Below are positions 1 through 8,976 of a stretch of 47,077 nt of DNA, in pieces (position 1 is the first letter of the stretch; each line of letters opens with the position of its first letter). Source of the stretch: Bacteroidales bacterium GP3 (GTDB taxonomy: Bacteria > Bacteroidota > Bacteroidia > Bacteroidales > Muribaculaceae); NCBI GenBank assembly GCA_001701075.1, contig DAAK01000131.1:1-47077 (forward strand). The letters are read 5' to 3'. A model generated the notes under the pieces. That model was not told the origin of the DNA and searched no databases. It saw only the letters and a program-made list of their open reading frames with translations. The translations under genes and the position numbers were made by a program.

Positions 1-41
1 CCCTCTGCATTAGGGCTTCCATTGATCAGCAGAACTTTCAT
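1..41 (-). CDS. Flavodoxin-fold / NADPH-dependent FMN reductase family protein, 5' end only (runs off window)
   Basis: Reverse complement of 1-41 reads MKVLLINGSPNAEG, matching the N-terminal INGSP motif of this family. Not in the ORF track; read by hand. Confidence 0.75.
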   Translation of the reverse strand, partial: MKVLLINGSPNAE

Positions 42-163
42 GTTATTCGATATTATTGGTCAATTCTGCAATTATAACAAATTCAAATTAAATTCTGTTT
101 GATTTTTTTCTATATCCAAAGCAAGATTGCAAATTCGCTTAACTGATATTTTTGATGATTATA

Positions 164-195
164 TTTGTTTTGTAACTAAAAAATAGTTACCTTTG
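164..195 (+). promoter_or_regulatory. Bacteroidetes sigma-A promoter for hicAB
   Basis: TTTG (164-167), 20-nt spacer, TACCTTTG (188-195) fit the -33/-7 consensus TTTG-N19-21-TAnnTTTG. Confidence 0.7.
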
Positions 196-213
196 CAACT
201 AAAATTCAGTTAC
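172..213. promoter_or_regulatory. Two tandem palindromic operators, probable HicB binding sites
   Basis: GTAACTA-AAAAA-TAGTTAC (172-190, perfect arms) and GCAACTA-AAATT-CAGTTAC (195-213), flanking and overlapping the -7 box. Confidence 0.7.
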
Positions 214-219
214 TATATT

Positions 220-474
220 ATGGGGACAAAAGAGAAACTAATAAATCGGTTTGCATCATTGCCTAAAGATTTTACTTGGGATGAAATGCACCGGTTGTTG
301 GTGTCATTAGGATATACTACTGACAATAAAGGAAAAACATCTGGATCCAGAGTCATCTTCAAGAGCCAGAATAAGAAACCTATCATGCTCCATAAACCTC
401 ATCCTGGAAATATTATTAAGGAATATGTGATGAAACAAGTTTTTGATTATCTTAAAAATGACAAAATGATATGA
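220..474 (+). CDS. hicA: HicA family toxin (mRNA interferase)
   Basis: 84 aa from ATG at 220; GKTSGSRV...LHKPHPG motifs; ATGA overlap with hicB. Confidence 0.88.
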   Translation: MGTKEKLINRFASLPKDFTWDEMHRLLVSLGYTTDNKGKTSGSRVIFKSQNKKPIMLHKPHPGNIIKEYVMKQVFDYLKNDKMI

Positions 475-809
475 ACACACTTAAATATAAAGGTTTTATT
501 GGATCAGTTGCATTCAGTGAAGCTGACAATGTTTTTTTCGGAAAGATAGAGGGGATTGATGGATTAGTCAATTTCGAAGGGGACAGTGTAAAAGAGCTGA
601 CCGATGCTTTCCATGAGGCGGTCAATGACTATCTGGCATATTGTGAAGAGGAAGGAATTGAACCTCATAAAAGCTATTCCGGTTCATTTAATGTCCGTTT
701 GACTCCAGACTTACACAGCAGGATTGCATATCTAGCCAAACAGACAGGAGTATCTATAAACTCCTTTATTCGTACAGCAGTCGAAAAACAGATCTCTGCC
801 ATGCTATAA
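471..809 (+). CDS. hicB: HicB family antitoxin with C-terminal ribbon-helix-helix
   Basis: LKYKGFIGSV...FHEAVNDYL...YSGSFNVRLTPDLH...SINSFI pattern. Confidence 0.9.
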   Translation: MNTLKYKGFIGSVAFSEADNVFFGKIEGIDGLVNFEGDSVKELTDAFHEAVNDYLAYCEEEGIEPHKSYSGSFNVRLTPDLHSRIAYLAKQTGVSINSFIRTAVEKQISAML

Positions 810-872
810 TCAACATGCATATTTTTCTTTTCAATGAATTAATATGATATGTCGTTTTCAATTTGAAAAATA

Positions 873-904
873 TGAGACAGCCTGAATTTAGTCACGCTGC
901 CTCA
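873..904. terminator. Possible hairpin terminator between convergent hicB and MBL genes
   Basis: TGAGACAGC...GCTGCCTCA inverted repeat (one mismatch, G-U on the minus strand). Confidence 0.4.
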
Positions 905-972
905 ATGAAAACACATTATGTAATATGATTAATTGAATGATGCTTCAAGTTTTGGCAGTATGGGACCGATAA

Positions 973-1596
973 TCATAATAGCAATCTTTTTTCTTGTTCA
1001 ACAGTTATTGGTGAGGAATGGCCGGAAAGCAGGACTGTGTTTTCCGGAAGGGTCAATATCTTATTGATGATGGAATTTTCCAGTTCTTGCCTGTTACCTC
1101 CAGGAAAATTTGTCAGTCCCGGGCCATGGTTGTAGAGCAGGTCTCCAACAAATGCAGCCCCATCATTAGGAGAATAATATGTCACTGAGCCAGGGGTATG
1201 GCCGGGAGTGTGAATTACTTTCAGAATGAAACTGGAATTTGCCTTCAACCTGATTATCTCCCCATCATAAAGGTCTTCATAGTGGGGTACTATCACCGGT
1301 TGACCGGAATTGGCACTGAGATTCAATCTTGCATCTGTCATGTATCGTGCGTCCGACGGATATATGTAGATGGGCGCAACGAGTTTCTCCCTCAGCAGTT
1401 CAGCAGCGCCCATATGGTCGAAATGACCATGAGTGAGCAGTATTTTCTCAATATGCCAACCATTGTGCACGACTGTGTCATATATAATACCGGCCTGTGC
1501 ACCCGGATCAATGATAAATCCAGACTTCGAATGGTCGTCGATGTAAAAGTAGCAGTTTTCAGCGTAAACGCCCTGCACAATCAATTCCCTAATCAT
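973..1596 (-). CDS. MBL-fold metallo-hydrolase (glyoxalase II / YcbL-like)
   Basis: LTHGHFDH, HTPGHTPGS, FVGD and SGH metal-binding motifs. Confidence 0.9.
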   Translation of the reverse strand: MIRELIVQGVYAENCYFYIDDHSKSGFIIDPGAQAGIIYDTVVHNGWHIEKILLTHGHFDHMGAAELLREKLVAPIYIYPSDARYMTDARLNLSANSGQPVIVPHYEDLYDGEIIRLKANSSFILKVIHTPGHTPGSVTYYSPNDGAAFVGDLLYNHGPGLTNFPGGNRQELENSIINKILTLPENTVLLSGHSSPITVEQEKRLLL

Positions 1597-1608
1597 GTTT
1601 CGCCTCCA

Positions 1609-2322
1609 TTACACCAATTGACATCCATCAGGACCGCAGACATGCGGTCTTTCGGTCGATTCTTCATTTGTCTTTTCCTGTCTCTTAAGTTCCCTTTCAA
1701 GAGCAGACTTGAAACCATCGACACTCATGGCACCCGGTATGGCAAAGTTGCCACCGAATACAATATATGGAACACCTCTCACGCCACGCATGGCAGCCTC
1801 ACGCTCGTCAAATCTCACCTCATCATCATACAGGTTTGATTCAAGCATTTCTTTCACTTCTTTTTCATCCATACCGACGCTGACAGCCTTATCGATAAGG
1901 ACCTTATGGTCAGACAAAACAAGATTTTCTGTGAAATATGCCGCGAAAAGAGCCTCGTTAAGCCGCTCCACAACTTTACGGTCATATTTTGCCTCAGCCA
2001 GTTTCATAAGTCTGTGAGCATCCCTTGTGCTGGAATATTGGGTTGTGGCATATCTGAAATCTATCCCGATCTCCCTTCCAAGAGATGAGATCTGTTCTAT
2101 TTGCTTCTTAGCGCCCTCCAGTGAGAGACCATATTTCTTTGCAAAACGTTCAGGAGTTGTGGTTTGCACCTCCTTCGGTGCATACGGATCCAATTCATAT
2201 GCACGATATTCGATCTCCACCTGATCTTTAAGACCGAGTTCCTCGATTGCGCGTTCCAGACGTTTCTCGCCGATATAGCAGTAAGGGCAAGCAAAATCGG
2301 ACCAAATAGTTAGTGTCATCAT
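1609..2322 (-). CDS. DsbA-family cytoplasmic oxidoreductase (FrnE-like)
   Basis: WSDFACPYCYIG active site, GVP cis-Pro loop, C-terminal CGPDGC tail; no signal peptide. Confidence 0.9.
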   Translation of the reverse strand: MMTLTIWSDFACPYCYIGEKRLERAIEELGLKDQVEIEYRAYELDPYAPKEVQTTTPERFAKKYGLSLEGAKKQIEQISSLGREIGIDFRYATTQYSSTRDAHRLMKLAEAKYDRKVVERLNEALFAAYFTENLVLSDHKVLIDKAVSVGMDEKEVKEMLESNLYDDEVRFDEREAAMRGVRGVPYIVFGGNFAIPGAMSVDGFKSALERELKRQEKTNEESTERPHVCGPDGCQLV

Positions 2323-2398
2323 AGTAGTTTCCTTTCTTATTTATTGATTCTGTAATATTTATACTTTATTTTTAAACATTAACTTTCACTTGCGAAAG

Positions 2399-2833
2399 TC
2401 AGTTTTCATTGATAATCCTTTTTATTATTTTGGAAAAAATGTCTATTTCTTCGCGTGTACCCAATGTCATGAAATGCTTCTCACGATCAGATGCAACCTC
2501 TATTATGGATGGTTTCATATCTTTTGCCTTCGGGGTCAGAAAAACCCTCAGGCATTTATGACTAACAGATTGGGTAGAGACAAGACCCTTTTTCACCATC
2601 GTTCCTACTGTCCGACAGACGGCAGCCTTATCTTTTCCAAGTGCTGATGCAATCTCGCATTGTTGCAAACCATCGAAATCATATAAGACGCGAAGAATAA
2701 GATATTCCGGCACTGCAATCGGCAATCCTGCTGATTTCAGTGCTTCCTCAAGTTGGGATACCATGACTTGATAGGCTGTTCCAATCATGCATCCCATATT
2801 GGGCATATTGTATATTTTTGAACTTTCTTTCAT
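2399..2833 (-). CDS. MarR family transcriptional regulator
   Basis: 144 aa winged helix: YLILRVLY..DGLQQCEIASALGKDKAAVCRTVGTMVKKGLV...VFLTPKA. Confidence 0.85.
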   Translation of the reverse strand: MKESSKIYNMPNMGCMIGTAYQVMVSQLEEALKSAGLPIAVPEYLILRVLYDFDGLQQCEIASALGKDKAAVCRTVGTMVKKGLVSTQSVSHKCLRVFLTPKAKDMKPSIIEVASDREKHFMTLGTREEIDIFSKIIKRIINEN

Positions 2834-2869
2834 GTCTTAATCGTCTTTTGAAAATAAAACGCTTGATTG

Positions 2870-2899
2870 AAAAAATGGTTGATATGTTAACCATTTTTT
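2870..2899. promoter_or_regulatory. Palindromic operator upstream of marR (probable autoregulation site)
   Basis: AAAAAATGGTT-GATATGTT-AACCATTTTTT: 11-bp perfect arms, 37 nt upstream of the marR ATG. Confidence 0.65.
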
Positions 2900-2918
2900 A
2901 GAATTTGGAAACAAAAAT

Positions 2919-2952
2919 TTTAGGCTGCCAGATTCAATTCCGGCAACCTAAA
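2919..2952 (-). terminator. Intrinsic terminator downstream of ligA
   Basis: TTTAGGCTGCC...GGCAACCTAAA stem (G-U allowed on the minus strand), followed by a U-rich tract on the minus strand. Confidence 0.6.
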
Positions 2953-3021
2953 CGAAAAAATGTGTAATATATCCTTAAGAATTCCGTATTCTGATAGAAC
3001 CGTCTAAATAGAATGAACGTG

Positions 3022-5028
3022 TTATTGGTCAGCTATAATATTCAGGAATTCATCTTCCGAAACCAAGGGAATACCGAGTTTCTGGCATTTCTCGTATTTT
3101 GCGGGTCCCATGTTTTCACCGGCAAGTACGAAAGATGTCTTTTTCGAGATACTTCCGACATTTTTTCCTCCGTTGGCTTCAATCATTTCCTTATATTCCT
3201 CACGACTATGATGTGCGAAAGTGCCTGAAATGACGATAGTCTTTCCTTCGAGAGCAGTACCTGCAGGTAGCATTTTCTCTTCGCTCAGCTGCATCTGAAG
3301 ACCAGCAGCTTTCAATCGCTCTATATTTTCGACATTGACCGGATCTCGCAGATAATCATAAATTCCTTGCGCAACTATCGGACCCACATCTGGAATTGCC
3401 TGAAGTTCTTCGACACTCATAGCCTGCATTCTATCCATACTCTTCACGCTCTTGGCAAGGCGTTTTGAGGTTGTTTCGCCGACATTAGGAATCGATAGAG
3501 CATATACTACTCTTTCAAAAGGCACTTCTTTGGAATCTTCAAGACCATTTAGGATTCTTTCGGCACTCTTGTCTCCAAATCTGTCGAGAATGGAAAGTTG
3601 CTCTTTGGTAAGGTCATAAAGATCAGCAGAAGTCTTGACAAGACCTTTTTCGTATAGAAGTTCAGCAGTTTCCTCTCCCACTCCGTCAATATTCATCATA
3701 CGTCGGGCGCAGAAATGCTCAATCCTTCCGGTTATCTGAGGACGGCACCCATACTTGTTAGGACAAATCCATGCTGCGTCACCCTCCTTATTGACGAGAG
3801 GAGTGCCACAAACAGGGCAATGAGAAACAAATTCAAGGGGTTTGCTATCAGGATTACGACGTTCTTTATCCACTCCAGTAATCTTCGGAATTATTTCGCC
3901 GCCTTTCTCTACATATAGCCAATCATTCTCATGGATATCGAGTTCCTTCATAATGTCGGCATTGTGAAGGGAAGCTCGCTTTACAATAGTACCGGAAAGC
4001 AATACAGGCTCAAGATTAGCCACAGGTGTCACTATTCCCATTCTTCCAGTCTCGAAACTGACAAACCGCAACTGGGTGCAAGCATTCTCCGGATTGAACT
4101 TGAAAGCAACAGCCCAGCGAGGAGATTTAGCTGTATAGCCAAGGTTAAGTTGCTGACGTAAAGAATTGACTTTGAATACGAGTCCGTCGGTGGCAACCGG
4201 AAGTTCCTTTCTGGCTACATCCCAATAGTCGATATAGGCATCCACTTCTTCTTCTGTGTGGAGAATCTTCATTTCTCCTGATACCTTGAAACCCCACTTT
4301 CGGGCAGCTTCCATATTGGCGTAATGAGTGTCGTATGGAAGGTTATCAGAAAGAAGATAATAGAAAATGGCATCCAGACGACGTTTCGCCACTTCCCGTG
4401 GATCCTGTGTTTTCAGTGTTCCGCTGGCAGCGTTGCGTGGATTTGCAAAGAGGGGTTCTTCATTGTATTCCCTCTCTTTATTCAGTTCATCAAAAACTTT
4501 CCAGGGCATAAGAATCTCACCCCTAATCTCGAATTTTTCAGGCCAATCTCCTGGTTGAAGCACAAGAGGAATGCTTCTGATGGTCTTCACATTGGCAGTC
4601 ACATCATCACCCTGAGTGCCGTCTCCGCGAGTCACAGCCCTTACAAGTCTACCTCCTTCATAAGTGAGAGAAATGGAAGTGCCATCATACTTCATCTCCC
4701 CTGTGATCTCAAAAGATTCTCCTTCCAATCCTTTCTTAACCCTATCAAACCATTCATCTACCTCTCCTATCGTATAGGTATTGGCAAGAGATAGCATGGG
4801 TCGCTCATGAGTGATATGCTCGAAACCTTTGGTGAGGTCAGAGCCAACACGCTGTGTGGGAGACAGAGGATCATGAAGTTCGGGATGCTCCTTTTCAAGA
4901 GCTTCAAGTTCCTTCATCAGCATATCAAACTCCTTATCGCTGATTTCAGGGGAATTAAGCACGTAATAATTATGATTATGCTTGTTGAGCTCATTGCGAA
5001 GCTCTATGATTCTTTCTTCCGCATTCAT
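3022..5028 (-). CDS. ligA: NAD-dependent DNA ligase
   Basis: KYDG adenylation motif, [17 protein letters not shown]...CPN...C zinc finger, HhH repeats, C-terminal BRCT. Confidence 0.98.
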   Translation of the reverse strand: MNAEERIIELRNELNKHNHNYYVLNSPEISDKEFDMLMKELEALEKEHPELHDPLSPTQRVGSDLTKGFEHITHERPMLSLANTYTIGEVDEWFDRVKKGLEGESFEITGEMKYDGTSISLTYEGGRLVRAVTRGDGTQGDDVTANVKTIRSIPLVLQPGDWPEKFEIRGEILMPWKVFDELNKEREYNEEPLFANPRNAASGTLKTQDPREVAKRRLDAIFYYLLSDNLPYDTHYANMEAARKWGFKVSGEMKILHTEEEVDAYIDYWDVARKELPVATDGLVFKVNSLRQQLNLGYTAKSPRWAVAFKFNPENACTQLRFVSFETGRMGIVTPVANLEPVLLSGTIVKRASLHNADIMKELDIHENDWLYVEKGGEIIPKITGVDKERRNPDSKPLEFVSHCPVCGTPLVNKEGDAAWICPNKYGCRPQITGRIEHFCARRMMNIDGVGEETAELLYEKGLVKTSADLYDLTKEQLSILDRFGDKSAERILNGLEDSKEVPFERVVYALSIPNVGETTSKRLAKSVKSMDRMQAMSVEELQAIPDVGPIVAQGIYDYLRDPVNVENIERLKAAGLQMQLSEEKMLPAGTALEGKTIVISGTFAHHSREEYKEMIEANGGKNVGSISKKTSFVLAGENMGPAKYEKCQKLGIPLVSEDEFLNIIADQ

Positions 5029-5031
5029 GGC

Positions 5032-5778
5032 TTAGTCTTTTATAAAGTCATATTTTATATCCCATAAAAACAGAGCTTCACCAGGCATCGACTGTCCGGC
5101 AGCGCATCGGTCTTTTCTTTCAATCACGTCTCTAAATTCATCCAATGTCATTTTCCCTCGTCCTATATCAACAAGAGTTCCCACTATAGCCCTTACCATA
5201 TTTCTAAGAAATCGGTCAGCACTTATCGTGAAAACAGCCAAATTTCCTTCCTTCTTCCACTCAGCATGAGTTACCTTGCAAATATTCGTCTTGGCATCAC
5301 TATGGAGCTTAGCGAAAGATGTGAAATCTTCTGTGGTTAGAAGGAGTCGGGCAGCCTCATTCATCTTTTCTAAATCCAATCCGTTGGGACAATGCCAACT
5401 AAGTGGATAAAAGAAAGGAGACTTTTCAAATGAGACAAAGTATTTATAGGTGCGCTCAGTTGCATCAAATCGTGCATGTGCTGAATCGTCAACCTTAAAT
5501 ATATTGTAGATTGCGATATCCTTTCCTACCAGTCGATTGAGCGAAATAAGCAATCTTCCAATTTCCGGAAGTTCGCCGTCATAATCAAAATGGGCGTACA
5601 TGGTGCGTGCATTCACTCCTGTGTCAGTCCTACCTGCTCCAACGATCGACATCGGAACGCGTAAGACTGTGGAAAGAGCTTTTTCCACCTCTTCCTGAAC
5701 GCTCACAGCGTTTGGTTGTATCTGCCAACCGTGAAAGGGAGCGCCGCGATAGCCCAATTTGATGAAATATCGGCTCAT
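5032..5778 (-). CDS. truA: tRNA pseudouridine(38-40) synthase
   Basis: FHGWQIQP, GAGRTDTGVNA (catalytic Asp), HARF, FLRNMVR. Confidence 0.97.
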   Translation of the reverse strand: MSRYFIKLGYRGAPFHGWQIQPNAVSVQEEVEKALSTVLRVPMSIVGAGRTDTGVNARTMYAHFDYDGELPEIGRLLISLNRLVGKDIAIYNIFKVDDSAHARFDATERTYKYFVSFEKSPFFYPLSWHCPNGLDLEKMNEAARLLLTTEDFTSFAKLHSDAKTNICKVTHAEWKKEGNLAVFTISADRFLRNMVRAIVGTLVDIGRGKMTLDEFRDVIERKDRCAAGQSMPGEALFLWDIKYDFIKD

Positions 5779-7676
5779 CAGTATCTTTCAAGATATGTAA
5801 TTCCGTATAGGCCGGATTTATAGATGTTTAGGAACTGACGACCTTCCTCGGCAGTAATCTTGCCTGCTTTCATTGACTTGGATACCCAAGTCTCAAGGTT
5901 GCGGACAAGTTTCTTTGAATTGTATTCCACATAGTCGAGCACATCAGCAACAGGCTCTCCATCAATCACCTGTTCAATCTCATATCCATCCTTATCGCAA
6001 GTGATATGGACAGCGGCTGTATCACCAAACAGATTATGGAGGTCGCCAAGGATTTCCTGATATGCACCGACGAGGAAAACACCTATGTAATATGGTTCTC
6101 CAGGTTTTAGCTGATGCACAGGCAGAGAATGGCTGACACCTTGCGGAGCTACAAAACGATTTATCTTTCCGTCAGAATCGCAAGTTACATCCTGGATGGT
6201 ACATTCATGAGAAGGTTTTTCGTCCAGCCTGCTGATTGGCATTGTAGGGAACATCTGGTCGATTGCCCAAGTGTCAGGAAGTGACTGGAAAAGGGAAAAA
6301 TTGCAGAAATACTTTTCTGGGAGCATACGTGCCACCTTGCGAAGTTCTTCTGGTGGATGCTTCATGCTCTTGGTAATATCATGCACGTCGCGGGCTACGC
6401 TCCAGAAGAGCTTCTCAATTTGAGCTCGTGTGGTGAGATCAAGAAGACCGAGACTGAAGAGTTCAAGCGCTTCTTCTCGAATCTGAAGTGCGTCATGCCA
6501 GTCTTCAAATACACGCGAAGAGTCTATTTTATCCCATATATTATATAGTTCGCGAGTAAGCTCGTGCGCACCTTCTGGAAGTTCGTCATTGTCATTCCAT
6601 ATGGGAAGTTGGGTGGTCTCAAGAGTCTCGATGATAAGCACAGAATGATGTGCTGTCATGGAGCGTCCGGACTCCGTGATAATATTAGGTTGGCGAAGAT
6701 TGTTTTTCTTGCATACGTCCACGAGTGCAGAAACGGCATCGTTTGCATATTCCTGGATTGAATAATTCATCGAATTCTCCCCTGATGAAGAGCGGGTTCC
6801 GTCATAGTCGACTCCCAGTCCCCCACCAATATCGACGAAATCGATGTTGAATCCTGATTTGGAGAGCTGCACATAGAATTGCATAGCCTCCCTCAGGGCA
6901 TTCTTGATACGACGTATCTTGGTGATCTGGCTCCCTATATGAAAATGTATAAGCTTAAGGCACCCCTTCATCTTATTTTTATCGAGGAATTCAAGAGCAT
7001 CAAGAAGTTCGCTGGAGTTAAGACCAAATTTGCTGACATCGCCTCCTGATTCTTCCCATTTGCCACTGCCAGCGGAAGTCAGCTTTATGCGTATACCGAT
7101 ATTGGGTTCTACCTTCAGACGCTTAGCTACTTTCATTATAAGTTTCAGCTCATTGAGTTTTTCTACAACAAGGTAAATCCTCCTGCCCATCTTTTGCGCA
7201 AGAAGAGCGAGCTCAACATAATCTTCGTCTTTATAGCCATTGCATACCACGAGCGAATTCTCATGGGTGTTGACAGCAAGCACAGCATGAAGTTCTGGTT
7301 TAGATCCAGCCTCAAGTCCGATATTATATTTGTTTCCATGGCTAACAATTTCTTCTACCACTTGACGCATCTGATTGACTTTGATGGGATACACAAGATA
7401 GCTCTGACCCTCAAATTCGTATTGCTTGCTTGCTGTCTTGAAGCAACTCGTTATTTTTCTAATCCTGTCGTCAAGGATGTCAGGAAACCGAAGCAGCATT
7501 GGAGCAGATATATCGCGAAGTTTAAGCTCATCGAGCACCTGGCGTATATCTACAGGAGCATATCCGGCTTTTGGAGTCACCTGAACATGTCCCTGCTCAT
7601 TAATGCTGAAATAGCTGAGTCCCCACCCCTGAATATTATAGAGCTCACTTGAGTCTTCTATTCTCCACTTCCTCAT
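5778..7676 (-). CDS. speA: Biosynthetic arginine decarboxylase
   Basis: YPIKVNQ (PLP Lys), GLEAGSKPEL, HFHIGSQ, DIGGGLGVDYDG, TCDSDG, GAYQEILGDLHNLFG. Confidence 0.97.
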   Translation of the reverse strand: MRKWRIEDSSELYNIQGWGLSYFSINEQGHVQVTPKAGYAPVDIRQVLDELKLRDISAPMLLRFPDILDDRIRKITSCFKTASKQYEFEGQSYLVYPIKVNQMRQVVEEIVSHGNKYNIGLEAGSKPELHAVLAVNTHENSLVVCNGYKDEDYVELALLAQKMGRRIYLVVEKLNELKLIMKVAKRLKVEPNIGIRIKLTSAGSGKWEESGGDVSKFGLNSSELLDALEFLDKNKMKGCLKLIHFHIGSQITKIRRIKNALREAMQFYVQLSKSGFNIDFVDIGGGLGVDYDGTRSSSGENSMNYSIQEYANDAVSALVDVCKKNNLRQPNIITESGRSMTAHHSVLIIETLETTQLPIWNDNDELPEGAHELTRELYNIWDKIDSSRVFEDWHDALQIREEALELFSLGLLDLTTRAQIEKLFWSVARDVHDITKSMKHPPEELRKVARMLPEKYFCNFSLFQSLPDTWAIDQMFPTMPISRLDEKPSHECTIQDVTCDSDGKINRFVAPQGVSHSLPVHQLKPGEPYYIGVFLVGAYQEILGDLHNLFGDTAAVHITCDKDGYEIEQVIDGEPVADVLDYVEYNSKKLVRNLETWVSKSMKAGKITAEEGRQFLNIYKSGLYGITYLERY

Positions 7677-7690
7677 TTTTATCTATTTTA

Positions 7691-7726
7691 TGGTTTTACT
7701 GGTTTAAAAGGTTTAAGGGTTTTGAG
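7691..7726. repeat. Degenerate ~9-bp tandem repeat at the ssb-speA junction
   Basis: TGGTTTTAC TGGTTTAAA AGGTTTAAG GGTTTTGAG; includes the ssb stop codon. Confidence 0.5.
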
Positions 7727-8045
7727 TTTGCTGGGAGCGACCTAAGATTTCAAACACCTTAGCGTAAATTTCTGTCCGTTTGCGTGCAATATTGAACTTG
7801 TCGGTATACTGACGGGTTCGCAGCGAACCCTCAATATAGAGTTTCATTCCTTTCCTTAGATAGCGCTCTGCATAGCGTGCTTGCTCCCCTGTCATCACTA
7901 TATTGTGCCATTCTGTCACTTCCGAGTTGCCACGCAGTTCATTGGTAGCAAGAGAAAAGTAAGCTACTGGAAAATCCTTTTCAGGATATCTTACATCAGG
8001 ATCTCCACCAATATTCCCGATAAGTATAACTTTGTTTACGCTCAT
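7713..8045 (-). CDS. ssb: Single-stranded DNA-binding protein, short form without acidic C-terminal tip
   Basis: MSVNKVILIGNIGGDP...FSLAT...TEWHNIV...YLRKGMKLYIEGSLRTR OB fold; likely ATG at 8045; ends RSQQTQNP. Confidence 0.93.
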   Translation of the reverse strand: MSVNKVILIGNIGGDPDVRYPEKDFPVAYFSLATNELRGNSEVTEWHNIVMTGEQARYAERYLRKGMKLYIEGSLRTRQYTDKFNIARKRTEIYAKVFEILGRSQQTQNP

Positions 8046-8050
8046 ATCAA

Positions 8051-8971
8051 TCAAAATTTATGTGCCTTAAGGTATAACCCAGTGCGCTCGTGAAGTCCAA
8101 AAAGAAGATTCATAATGTGCACTGCATCACCGGCACCACCTCTCATGCGGCTATCAGCTACTACCGTCACGGTAAGGCGATCTGCAGTCTGCTTCTGAAG
8201 AGTGACAAGGGTCTTCTGAGTTCCTTCCACTTCATAACCAGGCATAGCACTTGACACCATGAAAGTGAAATTATGATCATCATAGCAATCCTCAAAGACT
8301 TTGAATACTTCTGAAATTTCAAGTGAACAAGGAAGGTCGATCACAACCTTCAGTCCTCTGTCGGACACTTCTTCTTCAAGCCGATGCAATTTGATATCTC
8401 CATTGAAAGAGATTTGTGTCTTTCTGAGAACATAAAGAATCTCTTGACGCACCATATTGATCTTCTCCTCAGTATCTATATCAGCAGGACATGCATAATC
8501 CACTATGATATCTCCTTTTAGGAGAAGATGCCTTGCAAGTGGATACAGACCTATGACTGCTGCTACTGCCACCGAACGAGGCACAACAGCCCGCTTGCAA
8601 CCACGCACGAGTTGCTTACGATTAGTCTCCGGAAGTCCATAGGCCATTTCAAGAGCTTCAAAGTCAAGCGAAGGGCAATGCGACATATCGATGATTCTCA
8701 AATCAGGCCATCGGTCCGTGTTCATCCTGAAGCGGTCGGCTACATCTGAATGGGCATCTATGAATATGACGTCGAGCATCTGAGGATTGATGTCGGGGGA
8801 AAACTCAAGATCACATTCACCTGCCAATCCATGATGTACGGAAGCTACCGTGCGTCCTACTTTTCCAGGTGCAAAAGCACTGGCAAGCTCTACATCAGGA
8901 TGATTGACCAGAATTCTTATCAATTCTCCAGCCATGGCCGTATCGGCACCTGCAATTCCTACTTTTATCAT
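8051..8971 (-). CDS. ArgC (N-acetyl-gamma-glutamyl-phosphate reductase) homologue with degenerate active site
   Basis: GELIRILVNHP, IIDMS, YGLPETNR and AVHIMNLLFGLHERTGL follow the Bacteroidetes ArgC scaffold, but NPGC reads VPRS. The ORF is intact. Confidence 0.85.
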   Translation of the reverse strand: MIKVGIAGADTAMAGELIRILVNHPDVELASAFAPGKVGRTVASVHHGLAGECDLEFSPDINPQMLDVIFIDAHSDVADRFRMNTDRWPDLRIIDMSHCPSLDFEALEMAYGLPETNRKQLVRGCKRAVVPRSVAVAAVIGLYPLARHLLLKGDIIVDYACPADIDTEEKINMVRQEILYVLRKTQISFNGDIKLHRLEEEVSDRGLKVVIDLPCSLEISEVFKVFEDCYDDHNFTFMVSSAMPGYEVEGTQKTLVTLQKQTADRLTVTVVADSRMRGGAGDAVHIMNLLFGLHERTGLYLKAHKF

Positions 8972-8976
8972 GCTTC

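Noticed and set aside
1198..1839. 213-aa plus-strand ORF
   Set aside because: Antisense to the well-supported MBL hydrolase and DsbA genes; no motifs.
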